A DNA stretch of 64,000 nucleotides from an uncultured Faecalibacterium sp. GTDB lineage: Bacteria > Bacillota > Clostridia > Christensenellales > CAG-917. Positions 1 to 8,493 of the stretch are shown here, in pieces (positions within the stretch are counted from its first letter, which is position 1; the number at the start of each line of letters is the position of its first letter). The position numbers and the translations under genes are program-made. Below the pieces are notes generated by a model that was given only the letters and a program-made list of their open reading frames with translations, was not told the DNA's origin and did no database searches. Where the stretch lies: positions 5,171 through 69,170 of the forward strand of contig CAZBVO010000007.1 of the NCBI GenBank assembly GCA_964495385.1, in the 5' to 3' direction.

Positions 1-717
1 GTAACCGATGTTCCAGCCGAACGTCGAACCGTCGTCCAAAACGCACTGTCCGCTTCCCCAATACCAGGTGTTGTCGTAAGTCCACACGCCCCTGCCCCAG
101 TCAAGCGTTGCAAGCGAACCGTTTTCGCGATTGAAAACGTATTCTTTGCCGTCAAAGGTGCATTTGCCTTCGGCTCGCATACAGTTTATTTTTTGGTTGT
201 AGTAAAAGTGTTTGTCTTTGTCGAACGGAGTGGCGATGACCATGCTCTCTTCCGGAAATTCCGTCAGCGTGACGTCAAACTCAAGCGTTTTTTTGGTGTT
301 GCAGAAATTGTCGTATCTGCCGTAGAGGTGACGAGTCGTGCCGTCGTTTTCAAAGGTCATATCCAAAGTGCCGGCTTTTCCGCGTGCATTCCCCTTTTCG
401 GAAGTGTTCGGCATGCCAACCTTTCCCATAGGAAATGCGGCAATTTCCGAATCGTTCATTTGAAAAGGTTTTTCGCCGAAGCCCATAAGCGATACGCTGT
501 GGCTTGCCACAAATCCCGCGTCGGCAATGGTCAAGCACAGGCCGTAATCCTGATTGCCTATATAGTAGTAGTCCCATTCTTTGATTCTGATTTTAGGGGC
601 TTTTATGTCGTTGCGATCATAAATCCAATAAAGTTTTTTGGCAAATCCCGGCTCGGCGATGTTGCCTTTGTCGTTCAACAGTCGCTGCGGAGCGGTTATT
701 TCGTGTTGCTGGTGCAT
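1..717 (-). CDS. DUF2804-family protein (3' end cut by window edge)
   Basis: It runs off the window, so it is absent from the ORF track. Reverse translation from ATG at 717 (AGGAGG at 723-728) reads MHQQHEITAPQRLLNDKGNIAEPGFAKKLYWIYDRNDIKAPKIRIKEWDYYYIG... and stays open to position 1 (239 codons). The KEWDYYY context recalls DUF2804. The 193..750 + ORF is its antisense shadow. Confidence 0.6.
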   Translation of the reverse strand, partial: MHQQHEITAPQRLLNDKGNIAEPGFAKKLYWIYDRNDIKAPKIRIKEWDYYYIGNQDYGLCLTIADAGFVASHSVSLMGFGEKPFQMNDSEIAAFPMGKVGMPNTSEKGNARGKAGTLDMTFENDGTTRHLYGRYDNFCNTKKTLEFDVTLTEFPEESMVIATPFDKDKHFYYNQKINCMRAEGKCTFDGKEYVFNRENGSLATLDWGRGVWTYDNTWYWGSGQCVLDDGSTFGWNIGY

Positions 718-828
718 AACTTCCTCCTAATCGTTATATATAAATTTTAACTTACGTTAAGCATATAAGTCAAGCCAATATCAAAATATTTCCGCTCGGC
801 ATGCGCACCAAAATTCACGTTATTTTAA

Positions 829-857
829 TTTACAAATTGTAAATACTTTGTTATAAT
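829..857 (+). promoter_or_regulatory. sigma-A type promoter for degV; the -35 lies inside a 7-1-7 palindrome
   Basis: TTTACA (829-834), 17 nt spacer, TATAAT (852-857), 30 nt before the degV ATG. TTTACAA-a-TTGTAAA (829-843) is a perfect inverted repeat overlapping the -35. Confidence 0.55.
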
Positions 858-886
858 ACGTTTTACATCAAACTTCGGAGGAAAAA

Positions 887-1759
887 ATGTCCCGAATTTA
901 CGTTACCACCGACGCCACGTCGGACATCCCCAAAATATATACCGCCCAAAATTTTGACGTCATTCAAATGAACTACGTCATGGACGGCGCCGAGTACGAA
1001 TGCAGTCCGGACAGCTTAGACTACGACGAGTTTTATTCGAGAGTCGAATCGGGCAGTATGCCAACCACCTCGCTTATAAACACGCAAACCGCAATCGACT
1101 TTTTTACACCGATACTAAAAGGCGGATTCGACGTTTTGCACGTCTGCTTTTCTTCGGCCCTGAGCGGCACCTACAATGCACTTAAAATTGCAGAATCCGA
1201 GCTTAAAGAGGCGTTTCCTGAGCGACAAATTGCCGTTATTGACAGCAAATGCGCATCCGGCGGCGAAGGCTTTATGGTTTGGCAGGTACTTAAAAAACGG
1301 GAAGAAGGCGTTTCGTTTGACGAGCTTAAATCGTTTGCCGAATACGTCCGCGAACATTGCGTTCACTTTTTCACCGTGCAAAATCTGTTCCACCTTTACC
1401 GCGGCGGACGAATCAGCAAAGCGGCGGCCGTTGTGGGAAGCAGTCTCAACTTAAAGCCGGTGCTTCACGTCAGCGAAGAAGGCACTCTGGTCGCTTTCAA
1501 CAAGGTAATGGGGCGCAAGGCAAGCCTTAAAGCGCTTGTGGACGGATACCTTCAAAAAAGCAAGGGCTGGAAAAACGACGACGTTTGGGTGTGTCACGGA
1601 AGTTCTAAGGACGATGCCGAATGGGTTGCGGCCAAAATCAAGGAAAAAACTCCCGACGTCAACGTCGTGGTCGACTACATCGGCCCGATAGTCGGCACTC
1701 ACTGCGGAAAAGGCGTAATTGCCCTGTTCTTCCTCGGTGAAGACAAAATTAAACCGTAA
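887..1759 (+). CDS. DegV family fatty-acid-binding protein
   Basis: 290 aa ORF with GGAGG RBS. DegV-like blocks: YVTTDATSDIP, IAVIDSKCASGGEGFMV, GPIVGTHCGKG. Confidence 0.85.
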   Translation: MSRIYVTTDATSDIPKIYTAQNFDVIQMNYVMDGAEYECSPDSLDYDEFYSRVESGSMPTTSLINTQTAIDFFTPILKGGFDVLHVCFSSALSGTYNALKIAESELKEAFPERQIAVIDSKCASGGEGFMVWQVLKKREEGVSFDELKSFAEYVREHCVHFFTVQNLFHLYRGGRISKAAAVVGSSLNLKPVLHVSEEGTLVAFNKVMGRKASLKALVDGYLQKSKGWKNDDVWVCHGSSKDDAEWVAAKIKEKTPDVNVVVDYIGPIVGTHCGKGVIALFFLGEDKIKP

Positions 1760-1843
1760 AAATCAACGGATGCCCTCGCTTTTGCGGGGGTTTTGCGTAT
1801 ACGCCCCTCCTTTTTTGCAAACACTTTAAAAAAGGAGGCTTGT

Positions 1844-2440
1844 ATGGAACTTAAAAAAAGCAAAACTATTTTAAATTTGGCAAAAGCGTTTGCCGGCGAA
1901 ACAATGGCACGCACTCGCTACGAGTACATCGAATACGGAGCGCGACAGCAAGGCTACACGGCGCTTGCGGCGGTAATCGATAAGATTGCTTACAACGAGT
2001 TCAATCATTCCCGAATGTTTTACTCGTTCATCGAAACCGCCGACAAAAGCGTTATCGACAACGTCGACGTTTCAAGCGGCTATCCGTTTAGGGAAAAGTG
2101 GAACCTTACGGACAATCTTCTCTTCGCCGCCGAAGACGAAGCCGACGAAGCAAACAAAATTTACCCCGAATATGCCGCTACGGCCCGAAAAGAAGGCTTT
2201 GACGACATTGCAGGTCTGTTTGAAAACGTCGCAAAAGTCGAGAAAGAGCACGAATCCGTTTTCCGCAAACTGCACGAACAGCTGAAAAACGGAACCCTTT
2301 ACTCCAAAAAATCTGCCGTCACCTGGACGTGCGACGGATGCGGATACTCTCAAAAAGGCAAAACCGCATTCGAAACCTGTCCGCTTTGCCAAGCAAAACA
2401 GGGCGTAGTTCGACTTCAACCCGAAGACATTACTCCGTAA
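1844..2440 (+). CDS. rbr: Rubrerythrin
   Basis: Start moved to ATG 1844 (AAGGAGG at 1832-1838). N-terminal ferritin-like diiron domain (LAKAFAGETMARTRYEY, EFNHSRMF, EKEHESVF) plus C-terminal rubredoxin-type CxxC...CxxC (CDGCGY...CPLCQA). Confidence 0.9.
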   Translation: MELKKSKTILNLAKAFAGETMARTRYEYIEYGARQQGYTALAAVIDKIAYNEFNHSRMFYSFIETADKSVIDNVDVSSGYPFREKWNLTDNLLFAAEDEADEANKIYPEYAATARKEGFDDIAGLFENVAKVEKEHESVFRKLHEQLKNGTLYSKKSAVTWTCDGCGYSQKGKTAFETCPLCQAKQGVVRLQPEDITP

Positions 2441-2462
2441 ACGTTAAATTTTTTATAATTGA

Positions 2463-2503
2463 AAATATCTCCTTCGTCTTTCTTGCCACGGAGGAGATAT
2501 TTT
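2463..2503 (+). terminator. Putative terminator after rbr
   Basis: AAATATCTCC (2463-2472) pairs with GGAGATATTT (2493-2502) and is followed by T residues. The loop is long (20 nt). Confidence 0.45.
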
Positions 2504-2538
2504 GTTACAATAAAACCATAAACGTATTTGGGTGATTT

Positions 2539-3468
2539 ATGGATTTTCTGACTACGGCCTCTGCCGTCCTGGTTATGATGATTTATGCGATTCCCGGGTT
2601 CGTGTTGGTGAAAACAAAAACCGTGAAAGAGGAACATATTTCCTCTTTTGCCAAGGTTTTGCTGTACGTTTGCCAACCGTGCCTGACGCTTTACCAGTTC
2701 AACTCGGTAACTTTTGAAAAACAATTGTTTTTGAACATGCTGTTGTTTTTTGGCATCTGCACCGGGCTGCAATTGGTGATTTTGGCCGTGATGACACTGA
2801 TTTTCAGGAAAAAACTTTCGGCCGAAGCGGGCTATAGGATAGCAATAGTCGCATCGGTTTTCGGCAACGTCGGCTACTTTGGCGTGCCTCTTTTGGAAAA
2901 ACTTATCCCCGATCCAAACGCGCTTGCGTACTCGGCGATGTTTGCCGTAAGCATGAACATTATGGCCTGGACGGTGGGATGCGCCTTAATTTCGGGCGAC
3001 AGACGGTACATAAAGGTCAAAAAAATGATTTTTAATCCTGCAACGTTGGTGCTTATTGTGGCCCTTCCGCTGTTTTTCACCAAAACAAAACTTCCGACAG
3101 AGGGGTTCGATTTGGGCGGAATAGTAACCTTGCTCGCAAAAATGACCGCTCCGCTGTGTATGCTGATTCTCGGTATGCGCCTTGCGACGGTGAAATTCAA
3201 GGAGCTGGTTTCGGACGTAAAACCGTTTATATCCGCAGCAGTGAAACTTGTTGTATTCCCTCTTGCGGCGTGGTTGGTCACCTTGCCTTTCGACATCCCT
3301 CTGCTTTTAAAGCAAGTGCTTGTCATAACGTGTTGCTGTCCGTCGGCGAGCGTCGTTCTGAACCTTTCGGAAGTGCTGGGCAACGGTCAAAAACAGGCGG
3401 CCGACACCGTTTTGATTTCAACGATTTTGTGCATGCTGACCATTCCCGTAGTTTTGTTGATTTTGTAA
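2539..3468 (+). CDS. AEC (auxin efflux carrier) family permease
   Basis: 309 aa polytopic membrane ORF. The N-terminus MDFLTTASAVLVMMIYAIPGFVLVK and overall topology are typical of AEC/malate-permease-like transporters. Confidence 0.75.
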   Translation: MDFLTTASAVLVMMIYAIPGFVLVKTKTVKEEHISSFAKVLLYVCQPCLTLYQFNSVTFEKQLFLNMLLFFGICTGLQLVILAVMTLIFRKKLSAEAGYRIAIVASVFGNVGYFGVPLLEKLIPDPNALAYSAMFAVSMNIMAWTVGCALISGDRRYIKVKKMIFNPATLVLIVALPLFFTKTKLPTEGFDLGGIVTLLAKMTAPLCMLILGMRLATVKFKELVSDVKPFISAAVKLVVFPLAAWLVTLPFDIPLLLKQVLVITCCCPSASVVLNLSEVLGNGQKQAADTVLISTILCMLTIPVVLLIL

Positions 3469-3486
3469 TATATCCGATTTACACAC

Positions 3487-3515
3487 AAAAAGCCGCTTTT
3501 ACAGCGGCTTTTTTG
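3487..3515. terminator. Bidirectional intrinsic terminator (AEC permease / ATP-grasp gene)
   Basis: AGCCGC (3491-3496) and GCGGCT (3504-3509) form the stem, flanked by an A-run upstream and a T-run downstream, between convergent genes. Confidence 0.75.
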
Positions 3516-3520
3516 ATTGT

Positions 3521-4402
3521 TTAAACTTCGTTTTTGACGGTTTTTATGATGTATTCGGCATATTTTGCCGCAACGTTTACGCCCGTAACTTCTTCAAACG
3601 TTTTGAAAAAAGCATTTGAATTTACCTCGCAAATTTGCGGTCCGTCCTTTCCGAACAAAACGTCTATTCCGCAATAGTCCAGTCCGAGGATTGCCGCCGT
3701 TTTTTTGGCAATGGTTTTAAGTTCGTCGCCAACCTCAAACGGCTCACCCCTTCCTCCTGCGCCGATGTTTGACCTAAAATCGCCGTTAGACACCCTTCGC
3801 ATCGCCCCGACAACTTCCTGCCCGACAACAATAATTCGCACGTCGCAACCCTTGCTTTCGGCAACAAATTTCTGAAACAGATGCGGCACGCATTTCAATT
3901 TTTTCATAACCGACAGCAATTCGGCACGGTCGGAAACGAGGTAAACCTCCTTCCCTTGCGATCCGAAACTTTGCTTTGCCACCAAAGGATAGCCCAAAGC
4001 TTGTTCGATACGGTCCGCCGCCGACGGTTTTATCCGTTCGTCGGGCCTATAACACAAAAGTCCGGGCAAGGTGTCAGGCATGGGGATTTGATTATCTGCA
4101 AGCTCGATAAACGTAAGCATCTTGTCGTCGCACTTTTCTATTGCCGAGCGGCTGTTGAAAATGCGCATGCCTTTTTTTTCGAGAAGGCGCAAAACATATT
4201 TGTCCTTATCCCAGCAAACGCAAAAGTCGACGCCGTCAAAATCGCTTACGATTTCACCGCCCTCTATCCTCGCAAAAAATCCGTCGTTTGCCAAAACTTG
4301 CGTTTCGACTCCTCTCAAATTAAGTTCCTCGGCGAGGCGGTCTGCCTGATAAAGATACTCTTTTGAATCGAAATAGGCGTTGTTTAATAAAATTCCTTTC
4401 AT
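3521..4402 (-). CDS. RimK-type ATP-grasp ligase family protein
   Basis: 293 aa. ATP-grasp/RimK-like blocks YPLVAKQSFGSQGKEVYLV, DVRIIVVGQEVVGAMRR, NIGAGG, CEVNSN. Confidence 0.7.
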   Translation of the reverse strand: MKGILLNNAYFDSKEYLYQADRLAEELNLRGVETQVLANDGFFARIEGGEIVSDFDGVDFCVCWDKDKYVLRLLEKKGMRIFNSRSAIEKCDDKMLTFIELADNQIPMPDTLPGLLCYRPDERIKPSAADRIEQALGYPLVAKQSFGSQGKEVYLVSDRAELLSVMKKLKCVPHLFQKFVAESKGCDVRIIVVGQEVVGAMRRVSNGDFRSNIGAGGRGEPFEVGDELKTIAKKTAAILGLDYCGIDVLFGKDGPQICEVNSNAFFKTFEEVTGVNVAAKYAEYIIKTVKNEV

Positions 4403-4403
4403 T

Positions 4404-5432
4404 TTATTCGGCGGCTTTTTCGGCTTTTATCCTTTCCGAAATTTCGCAAGCCATATCCGGGTAGTCCGTCATGACGGCATCTGCCCCGTCTCGGATGAGC
4501 TGTTCGACCTCGTCGGGATCGTTTATTGTCCAAAACTGAACCGCGATGCCGTACTTGTGCGCATAGTCGATTATGCTCTTTTTGCCAAGGTCAACCACGA
4601 TGTAGGAATCAGTAGGGATTTGCAACACTTTGTAGCCGAGGTTTTTGTCCGACAAATCGACGTTGAAGCAGAAACTGAAATAAAACGCGCCGACTTCCAT
4701 CACCGATGCCGAACGGGTAACACCTTTGTCGGAATAGTTTTCGTCGATATAGAGGGTTACGTCGTTGTTGAAAGTTCCCACAACAACGTTGTCAAGCACG
4801 TCGTACTCAACCATAATTTGGTAAAGTTTGTCCATTGCTTTTGCGCCGGCCTCGCCGCTGTCTTTGATTTCGATGATATAGCACATCTCGTCATAGCCCT
4901 TTTCACGGATAACGAAATCGAACACTTCCTGCAAAGTGCAAATGCGAGCCTCGTTTTCGTCAAAATCGGTGCCGTCGTAATCGTGCCACATTTCAAGGGT
5001 TTTAAGTTCGGCCAGAGTGTGGTCGATAACTTTGCTGTCCTTGCCGAAACCGTCAAGATCTACGCAGTTGCTGGTGCGGTCGAGCGTATCGTCGTGCAAC
5101 AAAACCAGTTCGCCGTCCTTGGTGATTTGAAGGTCGAATTCGAGGATGTCGATTTTGTAACCCTCGGTTTCCATAATGCTTATACATTTCGAAAAAGCCG
5201 CAATGGTGTTTTCCGGTGCGGTTCTTCGGCCGGCCCTGTGTGCCGACATCATGGTTTCTGCCGCAATATACCTGTTGTCGGACGGTCCGATTTCGCTTTC
5301 GTCCACGCGAGGGATGTTGGCCAAACCGCGCAATGCAAACATCATAAGAACCAAACAAAGCGGAATAGCAACAATAACTATGCCCACTTTTGCCAGAATA
5401 CGTTTTACGTTTACCGATTTATTGTTGTTCAT
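4404..5432 (-). CDS. Glycerophosphodiester phosphodiesterase (GDPD) with N-terminal membrane anchor
   Basis: 342 aa. TM helix VGIVIVAIPLCLVLMMFAL, then GDPD signatures AHRAGRRTAPENT and EFDLQITKDGELVLLHDDTLDRT. Its stop is 1 nt from the ATP-grasp start. Confidence 0.85.
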   Translation of the reverse strand: MNNNKSVNVKRILAKVGIVIVAIPLCLVLMMFALRGLANIPRVDESEIGPSDNRYIAAETMMSAHRAGRRTAPENTIAAFSKCISIMETEGYKIDILEFDLQITKDGELVLLHDDTLDRTSNCVDLDGFGKDSKVIDHTLAELKTLEMWHDYDGTDFDENEARICTLQEVFDFVIREKGYDEMCYIIEIKDSGEAGAKAMDKLYQIMVEYDVLDNVVVGTFNNDVTLYIDENYSDKGVTRSASVMEVGAFYFSFCFNVDLSDKNLGYKVLQIPTDSYIVVDLGKKSIIDYAHKYGIAVQFWTINDPDEVEQLIRDGADAVMTDYPDMACEISERIKAEKAAE

Positions 5433-5543
5433 ATTTTTTCTCCAAACATATTGTTAGATATATTATAGACCATTTTTCGGCCGTTTGCAACACTATGTGC
5501 AAACATAAAAGCGCCCCTTTCGGAACGCTTTAGGTTGTTTTGG

Positions 5544-6176
5544 TTATTTTTTCAAAAACAGTTTTACGTCGTCGCCGTCATCGTACTTGTCTTTTCCGAG
5601 AGCCGCCGCCGTCTTTTGTTCGATGTATTCCCTGCATCCGTTTTCCATTGCTCTTATTGCATCGAAAGCCAAATCCATGGTTTCGCCGCAAGCGAACACG
5701 CCGTGATTTGCCAAAAAGCAACCTTTGCGGCCTTTCATGGCTTCAACTGCGTTTTTGCAAAGAGTTTTCGTACCCGGCATGCCGTATTTTGCACAGCGAA
5801 TATCGCCGCCCAAAAGTTCTTTTTTCGCAGGATCGGTAACAGGCAAATCGGCATGAGCCGAAGCAAACACGCTACATTCGGACGGATGAGAGTGCAAAAC
5901 AACGTTTATTTCAGGTCTGTCTCGCAAAATAGCCGCGTGAATTTTGCGTTCGGAAGTCGGTTTTTTGGTCCCAACCCATTCAAGCGTTTCGATGTCCACA
6001 ATGCTCATATCGTCGACGGTAAGATCGACGTAATCCAATGCGCTCGGCGTGCAAAGCATGTGCTTTTCGTCGATACGGACAGAGATGTTGCCCCACGTCC
6101 CCTGAACAAGGTTTTCTTCGAGCATCTTAACGCCCGCATCCTTTATGAGTTGCCTAAGTTCTTTTTCGGTGTTCAT
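5544..6176 (-). CDS. Class II aldolase/adducin-family enzyme (catalytic residues intact)
   Basis: Start moved to ATG 6176 (AGGAGG at 6183-8). Motifs GTWGNISVR, TSERKIH, VLHSHP and LANHG match the class II aldolase (FucA/AraD/MtnB family) zinc and catalytic set. Confidence 0.8.
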   Translation of the reverse strand: MNTEKELRQLIKDAGVKMLEENLVQGTWGNISVRIDEKHMLCTPSALDYVDLTVDDMSIVDIETLEWVGTKKPTSERKIHAAILRDRPEINVVLHSHPSECSVFASAHADLPVTDPAKKELLGGDIRCAKYGMPGTKTLCKNAVEAMKGRKGCFLANHGVFACGETMDLAFDAIRAMENGCREYIEQKTAAALGKDKYDDGDDVKLFLKK

Positions 6177-6177
6177 G

Positions 6178-6822
6178 TCAGGCCTCCTCTTGTTCTTCGG
6201 CGATTTTTGCCGCCTGATTCTTTTTGCTGTATTTGATTTTGTAAACGATATGTTGCAAGTTGGCATCAACCGCACCGAGATTTTTCGGACCGCCCAAAGC
6301 AGTGACTCTGATGTAGGTTCTCGTTGCCTTTTCCATAACCATGGCCGCCGTAAACGCTTCGTCCAAGCTTCTGCCCGTGGTTAATGCGCCTTCATTTTTA
6401 ACCAAGCAAGCACATTTACCTTTGATTGCCTTCTTTATGTCGTCAAGCGACGAAGAATCGGCGCATTTGATTTTGACACCCAAAATCTGACTCATGTCGT
6501 CCAACACCGGCGGAATGCTTCTTCCGCTTTTCGAGCATGCCAAAGTATATTTCGGGCTTATGCGCATAACTGCCGCATTCTCCTCATTAAGCGAAAGCAC
6601 CCAAACGTCCGCGTCCACTCTGGCACGGGTTGCGTCGTCAACAGTGCTGTCTGTTGACAAAACAATGTCTTCTGCAGTTATTTTTGCAAAATCAACGTTG
6701 TTTTTGGTTGTATAAACATCGTTTCCGTGTTTAAAGGTTATACTGCAAACGCCCGTTGCCAAACCTTCGTCGGCCAGCTTTGTTGCATAATTTATGATTG
6801 CATTTGCGATTTTGTCGTTCAT
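6178..6822 (-). CDS. Class II aldolase-like paralog lacking the His zinc ligands
   Basis: 214 aa with AAGGAG RBS. It is collinear with the downstream aldolase, but HSHP is replaced by MRISPKY and NHG by KNEG. Only 2 His occur in the whole protein, neither in those motifs. Confidence 0.6.
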   Translation of the reverse strand: MNDKIANAIINYATKLADEGLATGVCSITFKHGNDVYTTKNNVDFAKITAEDIVLSTDSTVDDATRARVDADVWVLSLNEENAAVMRISPKYTLACSKSGRSIPPVLDDMSQILGVKIKCADSSSLDDIKKAIKGKCACLVKNEGALTTGRSLDEAFTAAMVMEKATRTYIRVTALGGPKNLGAVDANLQHIVYKIKYSKKNQAAKIAEEQEEA

Positions 6823-6876
6823 GTCGTCTCCTTTGAAGTACGCCCCGAAATTTCGGGGCGCACGATTTCGGATTTT

Positions 6877-8493
6877 TTATTTGTCAAGGTTTCTGGTGCA
6901 TTCGGTGACGTGTGCAAACACTTCGTCGAAACGCTCCAAAGCGGCATCGATAACTTCGTCGGTGTCTGCCATAGAGGTGTACAGTCTGCTGCCTGCAAGG
7001 GTGATTATGCCGTTGGCCGCATAAGCCGCACCCATCTGTTCCATAGCAACTTTACGTCTGAGCATTTCCGGTTTGTTCTTCAACATAGGGATAAGCGATT
7101 TGAAGATGTTGAAGTTGCTGTAATCGAAGCTCATTGCGCCGGTGCATTCGAGGTGAACGATGCTGCCCTGATTGTAAGCAACGAACGGAAGACCGTGCTT
7201 TTTGATAAGAGCCTTCAAGCCTGCGGTAAGTCTGTCGCCTGCGCGGCCTGCTTTTGCGCAAGCGTCGTTCTTTTCGATTTCGCAGATTGCGAGATAGCCT
7301 GCGTATGCGCTAAGAGGGTTGGCAGCGAGAGTACCTCCGACGTATGCCTTTTTGCCCATGCCTGCAAGGCCTGCCGCCATAAGGCTGATATATTCGCGCT
7401 TGCCGCCTACGCCGCCTGCGGAAGGATAGCCGCCTGCAACGATTTTACCAAACACGGTAAGGTCAGGATACATATCTCTGCCGGTGCCTTGACGGCGGAA
7501 TTTTACGACTTTGCCGTCAACGAGTTTTTTGTCGTCGACCATCCAAGGTTTGCCGTCGATAACGACAGGGGTATCGTCTACTTTATATTTGTCGCCGAAG
7601 AAATAGCCTGCCGCGCCGTGAGTGCTTACTCTGAAACCGGTTACGACTTCGTCAAAGATAAACAATGCGCCGTATTTTCTGGCCAAAATTCTTGCTTTTT
7701 CGTTGTAGTCGAAATCTACAGGGCGAGTACCCGATTCAGGGCCGACCGGTTCGACGATAACCGCCGCCGTACCGCCTTTGCGGGTGTTGCGTTTAAGCAT
7801 TTTTTCAAGCATTTTGAGGTCGTTAGGTCTGACTTCGTCGGTGGTTTTGTAGCTGCCCGGAATGCCGTGGCTTTCCAAAAATTGACGGCTGCCCGGAATT
7901 TTCAAACCGTAAACCATTTGATCGGACCAACCGTGATATGCGCCGCCGATTTTGATGACTCTCTTATGTTTGGTTGCACAACGAGCCACACGGATTGCCG
8001 CCATTACGGACTCGGTGCCCGAGCCGAGCATACGGAACATTTCGCATGCAGGCATAAGTTCGTTGATTTTTTTGGCAAGAAGAAGTTCGCCTTCGTGGAA
8101 CAAGCCGGTTACAGGACCGCAAGTGTTCAAAAGTTCAAAAACCTTTTCTCTTACAGGCAGGTAGTTGCTGCCCAAGATGGTAGGGCCGCCGGCCTGCAAA
8201 AAGTCAAAATATTTGTTGCCGTCGCGGTCATAAAGATATGCGCCTTCCGCCTTGTCCATGCAAAGTGGGAATGGATAGTTGAAAGCAAGGTTGTGTTGAA
8301 CGCCGCCCGGAATGTATTTTTTGGCTTCCGTGGTGATTTCCTTGCTGCCCTTGCAGTTTACTTCATAGTGATCCAAAACCTTTTTAAGGTAGTCGTCGCT
8401 TACGCACCAAATAGGTTTGGAAGTAAGATCCGCAAGTTCTGCGTAAATTTGCTTGGCGTCCTGCCAGTTGCTGATGCCGTTACCGTTACTCAT
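6877..8493 (-). CDS. Class III (GSA-aminomutase-like) PLP aminotransferase, unusually long
   Basis: 538 aa with GGAGG RBS. Motifs IPGGVQ, GSGTESVMAAIRVAR, FIFDEVVTGFRV and the lysine motif FGKIVAGGYP. It has extra N-terminal residues and a ~43 aa insertion (residues ~299-341). Confidence 0.8.
   Translation of the reverse strand: MSNGNGISNWQDAKQIYAELADLTSKPIWCVSDDYLKKVLDHYEVNCKGSKEITTEAKKYIPGGVQHNLAFNYPFPLCMDKAEGAYLYDRDGNKYFDFLQAGGPTILGSNYLPVREKVFELLNTCGPVTGLFHEGELLLAKKINELMPACEMFRMLGSGTESVMAAIRVARCATKHKRVIKIGGAYHGWSDQMVYGLKIPGSRQFLESHGIPGSYKTTDEVRPNDLKMLEKMLKRNTRKGGTAAVIVEPVGPESGTRPVDFDYNEKARILARKYGALFIFDEVVTGFRVSTHGAAGYFFGDKYKVDDTPVVIDGKPWMVDDKKLVDGKVVKFRRQGTGRDMYPDLTVFGKIVAGGYPSAGGVGGKREYISLMAAGLAGMGKKAYVGGTLAANPLSAYAGYLAICEIEKNDACAKAGRAGDRLTAGLKALIKKHGLPFVAYNQGSIVHLECTGAMSFDYSNFNIFKSLIPMLKNKPEMLRRKVAMEQMGAAYAANGIITLAGSRLYTSMADTDEVIDAALERFDEVFAHVTECTRNLDK

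Noticed and set aside
193-750. 185 aa + strand ORF at the window start
   Set aside because: It is antisense to the DUF2804 gene, which has a strong RBS and a protein-like sequence.
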